The position numbers were made by a program, and so were the translations under genes. The notes under the pieces are model-generated. The model was not told the origin of the DNA. It did no database searches and saw only the letters and a program-made list of their open reading frames with translations. 64,000 bases of DNA, from the NCBI GenBank assembly GCA_046153945.1, contig JBJXFF010000201.1, positions 4,360 to 68,359 of the forward strand, written 5' to 3'. Below are positions 1-9,687 of this stretch, piece by piece (position 1 is the first letter of the stretch; each line of letters begins with the position of its first letter). Source of the stretch: Pirellulaceae bacterium. GTDB taxonomy: Bacteria; Planctomycetota; Planctomycetia; Pirellulales; Pirellulaceae.

Positions 1-65
1 GGAGACCCTGCAAGGACAGATTCGCCTGGCGGAACGGACGCGGCCGTAGGTGGTAGAATGAGCGC

Positions 66-701
66 ATGGCTTCCACTCCTCCCATGCGACTCGGCATCTA
101 CGGCGGCTCGTTTGACCCCGTCCACTACGGGCATTTACTGTTGGCCGAGTGTTGCCGCGAAGAGCGATCGCTCGACGAAGTTTGGTTCGTTCCCGCTGCC
201 GCTCCGCCTCACAAACTGGGGGCAGTGCTCGCTCCCGCCAAAGCTCGCATGGAGATGCTGGAGCTGGCGACATCGGGGAACGAGGCCTTTCGCGTCTCCT
301 CCTTGGAAATTGACCGGGGCGGAGTGAGCTTTACGGTGGAGACTCTTCGAGCCATTTCCGCGGAGCAGCCGCAGGCGGAGCTTTTCTTGCTGATGGGAGC
401 GGACTCGCTGCGGGACCTGCCGACGTGGCGAGAGCCGGCGGAGATTCTGTCGCTTGCGACGCCCGTCGTCGTGCGGCGAGCCGGTTCCGTGGAACCGGAC
501 TTCACTCCACTGACGAGCCTCGTCCCAGCCGCCAGATTGGAAGCCATCCGGGCGAGCCAGGTGATGATGCCGCTGATTGAACTGAGCAGTACAGACCTGC
601 GGCAGCGGGCGAGTGATGGCCGCAGCCTGCGCTATCGCACTCCTCGAGCCGTCGAGAAGTATATTGAATCGCAGGGGCTGTATTGCAGTTCCGAGGAATG
701 A
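66..701 (+). CDS. nadD: nicotinate-nucleotide adenylyltransferase
   Basis: MRLGIYGGSFDPVHYGHL is a NadD-type nucleotidyltransferase HxGH motif, and ELSSTDLR lies near the C-terminus. ATG at 66; the alternative ATG at 84 (MRLGIYGG) fits family N-termini better. Confidence 0.9.
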   Translation: MASTPPMRLGIYGGSFDPVHYGHLLLAECCREERSLDEVWFVPAAAPPHKLGAVLAPAKARMEMLELATSGNEAFRVSSLEIDRGGVSFTVETLRAISAEQPQAELFLLMGADSLRDLPTWREPAEILSLATPVVVRRAGSVEPDFTPLTSLVPAARLEAIRASQVMMPLIELSSTDLRQRASDGRSLRYRTPRAVEKYIESQGLYCSSEE

Positions 702-976
702 CCAAGATGATTCGCCATCAAGATTTTGTGCCCGAAATGACCTCGCAGGGTTCGCTCTTCATGCCGGCGGAATTTGAGTCGTTCGAGGAGGCGCTGGTGG
801 AAGCGAATCAGTGGATCAAGGAGAACGAAATCAACGTGGTCAACGTCGAAACAGTCGTGCTCCCTAACATTTGGAATCGGTGGGAAGAAGGGACGAAGGA
901 TCCCGCCTTGGGAACCGGCGAGTCGCCGGTCCACTGGCATCAGTTTATCCGCGTTTGGTATCGAGTCGGCGAGTGA
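698..976 (+). CDS. hypothetical small protein, translationally coupled to nadD
   Basis: ATG 698 overlaps the nadD stop (ATGA). 92 aa with GC3-rich codons. No family recognised. Confidence 0.5.
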   Translation: MTKMIRHQDFVPEMTSQGSLFMPAEFESFEEALVEANQWIKENEINVVNVETVVLPNIWNRWEEGTKDPALGTGESPVHWHQFIRVWYRVGE

Positions 977-1011
977 ACCACGGCTGAAGAGCGAGATTCT
1001 AGGCGAAAACA

Positions 1012-3516
1012 ATGACGGAACGGCAGGACAAACCCGACGGACCTGGCAGTGCCGACGAGTTCGGCACGCTCGCTCCGGCGGTCCAGCCGCGTCCAGGTCC
1101 GGTCAATCCCCAAGCTCAAGAGACCATCGTTCAAGCTTCCGGTACCGGTGCGGCTGCTGGGAACACTACGCCGGCTGATATGTACGCCACGATGGCCCGA
1201 GAGATTCCGGCCGGGGCATCGGATGCCAGTTTGCCACCGAGCGGAGCCGCGATTGCCGGTCTGCCGTTTGATCGAGTCGGAGAGTACGACATCCTCGACA
1301 AGATTGGCCACGGCGGGATGGGGCTGGTGCTCAAGGCCCGGCAGCGGCGGCTGAAACGGATTGTGGCCCTGAAGTTGATCAAGGTGGGGCAACTCGCGGA
1401 AGAGCAAGAGGTGGCCCGCTTCATGGTGGAGGCCCGGGCCGCCGCCCATCTCAAGCATCCCAACATCGTCGCCGTCTACGACGTGGGTGAGCATGCCGGC
1501 TCGCCGTTCTTCACGATGGAGTTCGTCGAGGGGCAAAGCCTGCACAAGCTCATCAGCGAGCGGCCGCTTCAACCGCAGCGGGCGGCCATCATCATTCGCA
1601 AACTGGCCCTCGCCGTCGCCTACGCCCACGAAGCGGGCATTCTCCATCGCGACCTCAAGCCGCAGAACATCCTTCTGGACAAGTACGAAGAGCCGAAAAT
1701 CACCGACTTTGGCCTGGCGACCAACGCTCAGGAAAACTCGCAGCTCACCGCGACGGGAACCGTGCTCGGCACGCCAAGCTACATGCCGCCCGAGCAGGCC
1801 CGCGGCAAGCACGAAGAAATGGGAAAATGGAGCGACGTCTATTCCCTCGGAGCCACGTTCTACGAAACGCTCGTCGGCCGACCTCCCTTCACAGCCGCCA
1901 CGCTGGGCGAGACGCTGCAACAGGTGATGACCGTCGAGCCAGTCTCGCCGCGGCGGCTTAACCCGGCGATCCCGCGCGACCTCGAAACCATCTGCCTCAA
2001 GTGCCTGGAAAAGAACCCCGCTCGCCGCTATCAAACCGGCCAGGAACTCGCCGACGAGCTGCAACGGTTCCTCGACGACAGACCCATCCTCGCCCGCCCC
2101 ACCTCGCGAACCGAAAAGTTTGTGCGTTGGTGCCGGAGAAATCCGGTCATTGCTGGAGCGATTGCGGCTGTGAGCGTGGCGGCAGTATTCGCAATTGTCA
2201 GCTTGTGGGTTGGGCTAAGCCAGGCTTTGGCCGCCAAGAAGGAATCGGATGAGACGACAACGGTTGCTATGGAAATGTTAGACAAGTTGCTACTGCGAAT
2301 TAGCGGCGAGACGTTATTCAACCAACCTGGGATGCTCGAAGTCCGAGCGGGAATTCAGAAGGATGCCATCGCGTCCTATGAGGTACTGTTGACCAAATTG
2401 GAACAGAGCCAGAGGATGCCGGAAAAAATTGCCGTCGTAAAATCATCGATGGGAGTCATGAAATTGCAATTGGGGGAACAGAAGGAGGGAATCGACCTGG
2501 TGAACGAAGCGACGAGCATCTTGGAGAAGATGCACCGGGAAAGTCCCCAGAACCCCAAACTCCTCACCTATCTGTCAAGCGTCAAGACCGAGCTCGGCAA
2601 GTTCTACTTTGACCAGCGCAACTACAAATTGGCTGCGGAGCCGCTCAAACAGGCGCTCGAACTGCGGAAAGAACGGGTGTTGCTTGAGCCCAACGACATC
2701 GAAGCCAGCCAGCTACTTGCCAACGCAGAAATGAACTTGGGTACGCTGCACGACACTTTGCACGAGATTCCAGCGGCTTTGGCACTGCTAGAATCTGCTG
2801 ACAAACGGCGGAGCAAACTTCTCGAAAAAAGCCCCCAGAACAGCGGGGTCCTTCGCGACCGCGCCAAAGGACTTTCGAACATCGGACTACTTCAGGCTCA
2901 GCAAGGAAAGCTGAATGAAGCGGAACAATACTACGAACAAGCGCGAAAAGCGTTTGAAACGCTGGATGCGAGCAAGGATCGACAACTGGATGATTTTTTG
3001 AACTTGGGCATTTGCTGGAAGTATCTCGGCGACTTTGCCGCCATCCGAAATGGCAAGGATGATTTGTCGCTTGCGATTAGGCGGTATATCGAGAGCATCA
3101 AGGTCCTGGAGCAACTGGTTAACTCCAACTCTTCGATGCGCATCTATCGTGGAACACTTGGCCGTACTCGTTTGAACCTGGCTCAACTGGAATTGCGCAA
3201 GATGAATTATCACGAGTCGTTCGCGATTCTGACGGTTGCATTTGACGAATTGCAGAAGTTGCGCATTGAAGATCCAGCTTACGAGAAATTCTCCGCCAAG
3301 GCCGTGTTTGAAATGCTTCGCTTGAAGAAGTGGAACAAGCTCAATAACGATGACCAGCAAGAACTCGCCAATTGGAGCGAATTTGCCGCCACGGAGAATG
3401 GAAAGCCGTGGATGCAGGAATTGGAACGGCAGGTGGAATCGGCTCCGGAGTATCCTCCCGCTTTACAGTTGGAAGAGAGCGAGCTGTTCTCTCCCTCGTC
3501 TGGCGCACCTCGTTAG
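1012..3516 (+). CDS. Ser/Thr protein kinase with TM segment and TPR-like helical repeat region
   Basis: ATG verified. Hanks motifs are present: GHGGMGLV, VALK, HRDLKPQNILL, DFGLA, GTPSYMPPE. A TM helix follows (VIAGAIAAVSVAAVFAIVSLWVGL), then a long helical repeat region. Confidence 0.9.
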   Translation: MTERQDKPDGPGSADEFGTLAPAVQPRPGPVNPQAQETIVQASGTGAAAGNTTPADMYATMAREIPAGASDASLPPSGAAIAGLPFDRVGEYDILDKIGHGGMGLVLKARQRRLKRIVALKLIKVGQLAEEQEVARFMVEARAAAHLKHPNIVAVYDVGEHAGSPFFTMEFVEGQSLHKLISERPLQPQRAAIIIRKLALAVAYAHEAGILHRDLKPQNILLDKYEEPKITDFGLATNAQENSQLTATGTVLGTPSYMPPEQARGKHEEMGKWSDVYSLGATFYETLVGRPPFTAATLGETLQQVMTVEPVSPRRLNPAIPRDLETICLKCLEKNPARRYQTGQELADELQRFLDDRPILARPTSRTEKFVRWCRRNPVIAGAIAAVSVAAVFAIVSLWVGLSQALAAKKESDETTTVAMEMLDKLLLRISGETLFNQPGMLEVRAGIQKDAIASYEVLLTKLEQSQRMPEKIAVVKSSMGVMKLQLGEQKEGIDLVNEATSILEKMHRESPQNPKLLTYLSSVKTELGKFYFDQRNYKLAAEPLKQALELRKERVLLEPNDIEASQLLANAEMNLGTLHDTLHEIPAALALLESADKRRSKLLEKSPQNSGVLRDRAKGLSNIGLLQAQQGKLNEAEQYYEQARKAFETLDASKDRQLDDFLNLGICWKYLGDFAAIRNGKDDLSLAIRRYIESIKVLEQLVNSNSSMRIYRGTLGRTRLNLAQLELRKMNYHESFAILTVAFDELQKLRIEDPAYEKFSAKAVFEMLRLKKWNKLNNDDQQELANWSEFAATENGKPWMQELERQVESAPEYPPALQLEESELFSPSSGAPR

Positions 3517-3631
3517 GGCGGCTTTCGATCATCCGCTAGCGGCGACAAGCGGAAAAACCGGTCCGCTAGCAAGATTCGGCTTAAATGCGAAACTCTGCCT
3601 GACCGATAGTCTGCGATAGGGGGATTTCTCT

Positions 3632-4939
3632 ATGCGCAAATTGTCTTTGCGGACGGCGTGGCTCGCGACCTTGTTTGCATTCTTTCTAGGGAACCTGCAG
3701 AGCAGCTTCGCGCAAGAAGAGAGCCTGGAGGTTGAAAACCAAAGCGACCTTGCTTCGGCTTATCTCTCGGACGAAATCGACAGCTATGTCGAGGACAACG
3801 ACGTCGACCTCGTCAATTTTCAACAACCGGGAACGGCACGTCCCCCCACGACAGTTCGCCGCCCAACTCGTCGCCCTGTTACAGGCCAGGAGATCGCCCC
3901 GCCATCATCAGCCGACACAGGCGATTACCTCGCCAGCGCCCCGCGCATGTTCGGGCATTACTACGGGGCGATTGGGCAGTTGCAACAGAGATCGCAAGTC
4001 AATAACGTGCCGCCGCAGACGAAGCTGGATTTGAGGACTGATTTGCCGATTGCCGGCGGGGCGAGTCCGCTGCAGATTACGGACAACAACACGCCGCTGC
4101 CCCAAAGCCGGTACTTTGTCAATTACAACCACTTTGAGAACGCCATCCGGACACAGAGCGGTGGTCGCCAGATCTTTGCACCGGTCGATCAAACCACGTT
4201 CGGCATGGAGCAGACCTTCCTGGAAGGCATCTCGTCGTGGCAGTTGCAATTGCCGATGACGGGCGGTTTTTCGGTGCCTGGAGATCCCGGCGTACAGACC
4301 GGTCAGTTTGGCAATCTGGGCTTCATCTCCAAGACGGCCATTTGGCGGAGCGACTATGCCATTCTCTCCGGCGGGCTGGGGTTGGATTTGCCAACCGGTT
4401 CCAGCGTGCAAGGACGCGGGTATCAGCTTCGAAACACGGCGACCGGGGTGCTGCCTTTTATCGGGCTCATGGCGCTGCCGACAGACACCACCTTCTTTTC
4501 AGGTTTCCTTACCGCCAGCGTGCCCGCGGGTGGCAATCAGTTTGTCGTCATTCCGCCGTTTGGAGCGCCGCCGCAAAACGTGGGCTTGTTCAATGCACAG
4601 ACCCGCCTGCACTTAGACCTTGCCGGGGGAATCTGGCTCAATCAAAATCCCGGCGGCGGCGGCCTGACCGGTTTGGCGGTGATTGGTGAGTTCCACTATG
4701 TGGCGGCAACGCAGCGCGGCGATGTGGTTAACTTTGCCTCTCCGGGCCCGACCTCGACTCGCTTCTACCAACTCGCCAACCTCTCCAACCAGCAAACGGT
4801 GACCAACCTCACTCTCGGCATCCATACGGTTTGGAACGACCGGTTTCAATTCCGCATCGGCGGCGCGTTCCCGGTCACTCAATTCCCCAACCGTGGATTT
4901 GATGGTGAAGTTATCGCCCAGATGAACTTCATCCCCTAG
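3632..4939 (+). CDS. secreted hypothetical protein
   Basis: ATG verified. Signal peptide MRKLSLRTAWLATLFAFFLGNLQSSFAQ. Gly/Thr/Gln-rich beta-type composition. No family recognised. Confidence 0.6.
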   Translation: MRKLSLRTAWLATLFAFFLGNLQSSFAQEESLEVENQSDLASAYLSDEIDSYVEDNDVDLVNFQQPGTARPPTTVRRPTRRPVTGQEIAPPSSADTGDYLASAPRMFGHYYGAIGQLQQRSQVNNVPPQTKLDLRTDLPIAGGASPLQITDNNTPLPQSRYFVNYNHFENAIRTQSGGRQIFAPVDQTTFGMEQTFLEGISSWQLQLPMTGGFSVPGDPGVQTGQFGNLGFISKTAIWRSDYAILSGGLGLDLPTGSSVQGRGYQLRNTATGVLPFIGLMALPTDTTFFSGFLTASVPAGGNQFVVIPPFGAPPQNVGLFNAQTRLHLDLAGGIWLNQNPGGGGLTGLAVIGEFHYVAATQRGDVVNFASPGPTSTRFYQLANLSNQQTVTNLTLGIHTVWNDRFQFRIGGAFPVTQFPNRGFDGEVIAQMNFIP

Positions 4940-5615
4940 TTGCCCGCTTCTTTGCGATGGCGATCTCCAAACGATCCAGCCAGCAATTGGTCGGCAGTGG
5001 GCTGGTGGCGAGGATGCCGACCAAAGCGCCGATTGACGCTCCGGCCAGGACATCGCTCAAGTAATGGTTGTGGGAGTGCATTCGCTGTAGTCCACCCAGT
5101 GCGGCGAGGATTGCAAAGAGCCACCATCCGCGGGGATAAAAGAACGCCAGTCCACTGGCAAGTCCCACAGCGGTCGCCGTATGTGCTGACGGAAATGACT
5201 GGGTCAGGTGAGTGTGCTGATGGTTGGCCCAGGTGGTGAACGACTCAATTGCCGTGGCAGCAACGTGGTCCATGTCTTTGGGGCGATGACGACCAACGAA
5301 GAGCTTTACTGCATCCGCCGCCAGTCCCGCGCCGTAGGTCGCAAGCGCCAAACGGGGGAGCACTCGCCAGCCGCGCGGATCCAGCGCGGCCGCCGCCAGC
5401 AAGATGAAAGCCGCTGTCAGTCCGTAACCAAAGGCTTCGCAGAGTCGAACCGTGGTGTTCAAGTCCCCTCGCCAGGGTTCTTTTGCAAAGTACCTCGCGA
5501 TGGGGAGATCAAGCCAGAGCGCTCCCACCGCCAAGATCGCCAGGGCAATCGGCAGGATCAGGCGCTTCCAAACGGAGCGCTGGGCGGGAAAGGAGGGATC
5601 AGCATGCTCGACCAT
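4929..5615 (-). CDS. PAP2-family phosphatase (membrane)
   Basis: Three PAP2 motifs: KLFVGRHRP, FPSAHT, RMHSHNHYLSDVLAG. The track start at 5684 is TTG; I prefer ATG 5615 (MVEHADP), just before the first TM helix. Confidence 0.85.
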   Translation of the reverse strand: MVEHADPSFPAQRSVWKRLILPIALAILAVGALWLDLPIARYFAKEPWRGDLNTTVRLCEAFGYGLTAAFILLAAAALDPRGWRVLPRLALATYGAGLAADAVKLFVGRHRPKDMDHVAATAIESFTTWANHQHTHLTQSFPSAHTATAVGLASGLAFFYPRGWWLFAILAALGGLQRMHSHNHYLSDVLAGASIGALVGILATSPLPTNCWLDRLEIAIAKKRATRG

Positions 5616-5716
5616 GCCAGCGATGCTATCGCGCCAGGGCGAACTGACATAGGCCGAAGGGATGCACCTAGATAATATCCGCAACGGAATCTGGGGAATG
5701 CTTCAGGAGGCCAGCG

Positions 5717-6415
5717 ATGGAAAACAAGAGCCGCTTTCTCGCCCGCATTGCCGGCTGGCTGGTGGCCCAGTTGGTCCGCCTTTGGCTGTGTACCCTGCGA
5801 GTTCATGTCGACGATGCCCATGGAATCGCAAACCCTCGTGCTAGCGGCAGCCGAAGGCTGATCTACTGCTTCTGGCACGAGGATCTGCTTTCTTGGGCTT
5901 CCTTGTTTCGAGGATCAGGCGTCCAACTGCTCATCAGCCACAGTCGTGGCGGTGCTGTCTTCGGCTCGATGATCGACGGGCTTGGGCTTCACGCGTCCCG
6001 CAACGTCGGCACGGAACGAAATGGCGCGAATGTGGGCGTTGCTCCCGATGGCCCGCGGGGACCCAGGCAGGAGTTTCAGGCCGGGGCGCTGCTTCTCGCC
6101 TCGCGGACGGGAATGCCGCTGGTCGCCATGGCTCTGGCCTATGACCGCCCGTGGCGCTTGGCGCGGTGGGACAGATTCGTGATTCCTCGCCCCTTCTCCC
6201 GAGTCGTCCTCTGCATGAACAAGCCGCTGCCAGTCTCCGCGGGAGCCGGATCCAAGTCCTTGGAAGACCAGCGGCTCAGGGTCGCGGGGATGATGCAAGA
6301 ATCGGCCAGTCGCGCCGAAGCGCTCCTCCGCCGCTGGCGCAAAGGAGAGCGGCTGCCGCTCGTGTCGCCGGAAGCGAAAGCACTGGATGCCCTTGCGTTT
6401 CGCAAGTCGGCATAG
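5717..6415 (+). CDS. DUF374-like (lysophospholipid acyltransferase-like) protein
   Basis: ATG with AGGAGG 7 nt upstream. CFWHEDLL and a GPRGPRQE-type segment resemble DUF374 proteins. Divergent from the PAP2 gene. Confidence 0.55.
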   Translation: MENKSRFLARIAGWLVAQLVRLWLCTLRVHVDDAHGIANPRASGSRRLIYCFWHEDLLSWASLFRGSGVQLLISHSRGGAVFGSMIDGLGLHASRNVGTERNGANVGVAPDGPRGPRQEFQAGALLLASRTGMPLVAMALAYDRPWRLARWDRFVIPRPFSRVVLCMNKPLPVSAGAGSKSLEDQRLRVAGMMQESASRAEALLRRWRKGERLPLVSPEAKALDALAFRKSA

Positions 6416-6426
6416 GCACCGGCGAA

Positions 6427-7371
6427 TTACATCGCTTGCAAGCCGCGGATTACCAGCTCCAAGAATTCCCGCGCCCGCCGGGCATTCGCATCGATCTCGT
6501 CGGCCGTCGTTGCCTTCACCGCAGGTACGGAAATATTCTCACTGCAGAGCGGCATGGTCAGGCCGGTGAAAGCAACATTGTGCAGCAGGCGGTAGTGGTC
6601 GATCTCCCCGAGGCCCGGCCCACAATCTTGATTGACCGGAAACATCCGGTGGTCCTTGATGCAGAAGCTGCGGATGTTGGCCACACAAGTTTTGACGTCT
6701 TGGAGCGGATTAACCGTCCCCTTGGTGTAGTCCATCACGTTGCCGGCGTCGTAGTTCACCTGCACGTTCTTGTCGTCGACTTCGCGGACAATTTGGCCGG
6801 TCACCTCTCCGGTTTCGCCATGCTGCTTCACCACGAGCATGACACCATGGTCGCGGGCAATCGGGCCGAGTTCCTTGAAACGCTCCACCCACAACTTGCG
6901 GTTGGTTCCGCTCGTATGGCCGAATGTCAGTACTTGAGGCATTCCCGCGGCTTCTGCTTGCAAGATGCGGCTGTTGAAAACTTCCATTGCCTTGGGATCC
7001 TCGGGGTAAATGCCGCTGAACATCATGAGCGGTTCCAACCCGAGGTCACGGCACTTTTGCCCGAGTTCCTTGGCCTTCGCCGGATGGGCGTCGACCGGCA
7101 TCACGGGGACCCCCTTCGAATCACCTTCCTCCTTGTGCGTCGTTCCCCAGGCCACAAACTTGTAACCCGCCCCTTGAATGCCGCTCAACGCACGCGCCAG
7201 CGGAAACTGGCTGTAGGGAAGCGTCATGCAGGCGATTTGGAAAGCCGTTGGTTTGCCAATCGCCTCTGCCTTCTCGTTGGCCGAGCATGAGTTCGGCGAA
7301 TGAATCGCCAAACTTCCCATTCCAATGGCGGCGGCTTGCAGAAGCGTTCGGCGTGACACTTGGGAAGTCAT
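6427..7371 (-). CDS. Tat-exported xylose-isomerase-like TIM-barrel protein (sugar phosphate isomerase/epimerase family)
   Basis: The true start is ATG 7371 (MTSQVSRRTLLQAAAIGMGSLA, a twin-arginine signal). The track's 120-aa extension overlaps the upstream gene. Confidence 0.75.
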   Translation of the reverse strand: MTSQVSRRTLLQAAAIGMGSLAIHSPNSCSANEKAEAIGKPTAFQIACMTLPYSQFPLARALSGIQGAGYKFVAWGTTHKEEGDSKGVPVMPVDAHPAKAKELGQKCRDLGLEPLMMFSGIYPEDPKAMEVFNSRILQAEAAGMPQVLTFGHTSGTNRKLWVERFKELGPIARDHGVMLVVKQHGETGEVTGQIVREVDDKNVQVNYDAGNVMDYTKGTVNPLQDVKTCVANIRSFCIKDHRMFPVNQDCGPGLGEIDHYRLLHNVAFTGLTMPLCSENISVPAVKATTADEIDANARRAREFLELVIRGLQAM

Positions 7372-7391
7372 GGTGCTGTATCCTCTGCGGG

Positions 7392-8498
7392 TTAAAGAGG
7401 GAGTAGTTCCGCTAAAGCAACGATGCCCAGCCCCGTGGCAATCAGCGGATCGTTCTCGCGCATCCGGTCGCTCTCGTTCAGATAGCTCCCATCGGCCCGT
7501 GGCAATTTGACGAGCATTTCCAGCAGCGCCGATTTGCGATGCACAATGTCCGATGTAGGAAGCACCTTCAGGACTTTGGCGAGCGAAGTGTAATAGTAAA
7601 ACCGCAGGCCGCGCTGCCAGCCAAGTTCCGGCGGCAGTCCCTCGAAACCGGGGACCAACTCCAGGCTGGGATGCTCCGCCAGCCAGGCGGCCGCTTTGAG
7701 GATTCGTTTGTCGTCGGCCTTGACGCCGCACGCGAGCAGCGCCCGGATGCCGTCACAAGTAGCTGTGCCGTAGGGGCGAGCTTCGCCGCGGGCTTGGTCC
7801 TTGAAGTCCGCCTTGTTATTGAGCGACATCGGCTCCGGAGTGAAGCAGAAGCCGCCGTCCTTTTGCTGGCAATGGCCGGTCCATGGGGCGGCGCGACCGA
7901 GGGCGGCTTGAATCTCGCGGGCCTGCTTGCCGTCGGGTACTCGGCGAAGCTCTTCGGCCAGCGCCTCCAACACCAGGCAGGTGACGGAGACATTCGTTCC
8001 CGTTGTCACGCCGTGTGCATCCCCTTGTCCCAGCAGATCCCAACCGCCGTAGCTGGGGCTTTCCTTCTCGAAACCCCGCTCCTCCGCGCACTGAGCTCCG
8101 AGCAAGTAAACCAGAAGATCGCGGCGAATTCGCTCCTCTCCTGCCAGTTCCAGCCGTCGCCGCGACAGCAGCCAGAGTGCCGCGCCATAGGTGGGATGGT
8201 CGAGCGAGCCGTCCGGACAGGCGATGGTCCCGCGCTTGGCAAATCCCGCCTTAAGGAACTCGTACCCGCGAGCGATGGCTTCCGTCTGTTTCTTTCGCCA
8301 CTCCGCCGGCGCGTGGCTGAGAGCATCGAGCACAAATGTCGTTAATGCCGCGCCCCCCTTAAGCTGGCCGTAAGTCTGCGAATGCCAGCCGCCGTCTTTG
8401 GCCTGCGCCTTGGCCAGATACGTCAGCCCCTTGTCCAAGGAAGCTGCGGCCTTGACGCCGAGCTCACGATTCTTGTCTTCATTGGGAGCCACGAGCAT
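7392..8498 (-). CDS. prenyltransferase/squalene-oxidase repeat (alpha-alpha toroid) protein
   Basis: Repeated DGGW/DGGF/ADGSY motifs at a regular helical-hairpin spacing. This type is common in planctomycetes. Confidence 0.65.
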   Translation of the reverse strand: MLVAPNEDKNRELGVKAAASLDKGLTYLAKAQAKDGGWHSQTYGQLKGGAALTTFVLDALSHAPAEWRKKQTEAIARGYEFLKAGFAKRGTIACPDGSLDHPTYGAALWLLSRRRLELAGEERIRRDLLVYLLGAQCAEERGFEKESPSYGGWDLLGQGDAHGVTTGTNVSVTCLVLEALAEELRRVPDGKQAREIQAALGRAAPWTGHCQQKDGGFCFTPEPMSLNNKADFKDQARGEARPYGTATCDGIRALLACGVKADDKRILKAAAWLAEHPSLELVPGFEGLPPELGWQRGLRFYYYTSLAKVLKVLPTSDIVHRKSALLEMLVKLPRADGSYLNESDRMRENDPLIATGLGIVALAELLPL

Positions 8499-8579
8499 GA
8501 GATGCCCTCCAGCGGTCTATCCTACCGAGCGAAAGCGGCGGACGGGAGAGATGGAGAGACGGCTGCCGGGTTGGAACAG

Positions 8580-9434
8580 CTATTTACTCTCGACCAAGCG
8601 GATGGCGTAGCCGCGCCAGAGCACTTTAAGCATGTCGTCGTCCCACTGCTCACGAGACAGTTCCTGCGTGGGATCGGCAATCGTGGCACTGCCATAGCTC
8701 GTGAAACCGGTCAGGACGACCGAGTGGTTCACGCCGGGAACCCAGCCGAATTCGCGAGTGAAATCGGTATCCCCCGAGGCGCTGGATTCCAGGCCGACGC
8801 TGATGATCATCGGACCCTTGAGTCTGGGGAGTTCTTGCCGAGAGCAGGCCACGACCTCCACGTCCCATTTCGTCCCCGCGGTTTTGAGCTTGAGCCCGCG
8901 ATAAAGTCCTTGCCAACTGGTGCCGTGGCGGGTGAGGCAGAGATCCGCCATTTCCTGCTCGCTGGCCGAAATGCCGTGGGACTTGAGGAGCGTGGCGGCA
9001 CTGGCGGCGGAGCAGGTGTAGTCCGTGGTTTGCAAGCAAGTTCCCATCCAGTCCCAGCGACTTTCGCATCGCGGCGCGGTGCCGAGGACCGGACTAAGCA
9101 GGGCATACACGGCCGTGCAAGCCAGCGCCCCGGCAGAGCCAATCCGTCGCCAGGAACAGTCGCGAGTCTTTTCCCAAGTGATCCCCGCCAGCACCGCGGC
9201 AAAGAGCGGCAGCCAGTTCGCCACGATAATCAGATTGGAAAACGGCAACCAGTTCGCCAGCCGAACGTCGTACCAGACGGAGCGGATGTAAAGAAGAAGC
9301 GCTCCAACCACAATGAAGGCGAGCGTACTAAGTGTTCCGGACGAGAGTCGCCGGGCAAAATTCGTGGTCACTAGAAACAACGCTACCGCCAGCGCCGAAA
9401 TCAGCACAAATCCCCAAACCAGATCGAGCGCCAT
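8580..9434 (-). CDS. membrane-anchored peptidase C39-like cysteine protease domain protein
   Basis: Four N-terminal TM helices. Then LQTTDYTCSAASAATLL (Gln/Cys), VNHSVVLTG (His) and IADP (Asp) in C39 order. GGGAGG lies upstream of the ATG, and the upstream region 9530-9600 is AT-rich. Confidence 0.6.
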   Translation of the reverse strand: MALDLVWGFVLISALAVALFLVTTNFARRLSSGTLSTLAFIVVGALLLYIRSVWYDVRLANWLPFSNLIIVANWLPLFAAVLAGITWEKTRDCSWRRIGSAGALACTAVYALLSPVLGTAPRCESRWDWMGTCLQTTDYTCSAASAATLLKSHGISASEQEMADLCLTRHGTSWQGLYRGLKLKTAGTKWDVEVVACSRQELPRLKGPMIISVGLESSASGDTDFTREFGWVPGVNHSVVLTGFTSYGSATIADPTQELSREQWDDDMLKVLWRGYAIRLVESK

Positions 9435-9612
9435 GCCGAGCCTCCCTTGCGTGTTGCAAGAGGACCGTTCCAGCCATAAAACCGCGCGATGTCAGTTTCT
9501 CGCTCTTTTCCTCGTTGGCCCTTAAGCCGATAGATATGAAGAAAATGTGAAGATAAAAAGAAAGTTTACTGACGCCAACAATAATACATCATCGGCCCAC
9601 ACACGTCCAATA

Positions 9613-9644
9613 GTAAACTCCGGAAAAAAAGAAAACGCCGGCAA
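9613..9644 (-). terminator. intrinsic terminator after the 9688..11754 gene
   Basis: Minus strand reads CCGGC-GACCTT-GCCGG followed by CGTTTTCTTTTTTTCC, about 45 nt past the stop codon. Confidence 0.5.
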
Positions 9645-9687
9645 GGTCGCCGGTCGTTCGAGAGATCGCGAGGGTTTCCACAGAACT

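Noticed and set aside
940-2064. 374-aa minus-strand ORF. Similar long antisense ORFs occur at 6151..7290, 8382..9374, 10792..11730, 28276..29349, 38744..39544, 40334..41128, 41213..41887, 42354..43337, 43383..44147, 56031..57176, 57930..58739 and 62233..63216.
   Set aside because: Each lies opposite a gene with clear family motifs. Their compositions are low-complexity and Arg/Gly/Pro-rich. They are stop-codon-poor antisense frames, as expected in GC3-biased DNA.
3532-3570. TCCGCTAGC direct repeat 30 bp apart (the first copy lies within the palindrome CCGCTAGCGG) upstream of the secreted-protein gene, as a possible operator
   Set aside because: It is short (9 bp) and could arise by chance. 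There is no supporting context such as an adjacent regulator. Noted only.
7372-7731. 120-aa N-terminal extension of the TIM-barrel ORF
   Set aside because: It overlaps the 3' end of the upstream prenyltransferase-repeat gene. The internal ATG at 7371 is followed immediately by a textbook twin-arginine signal.
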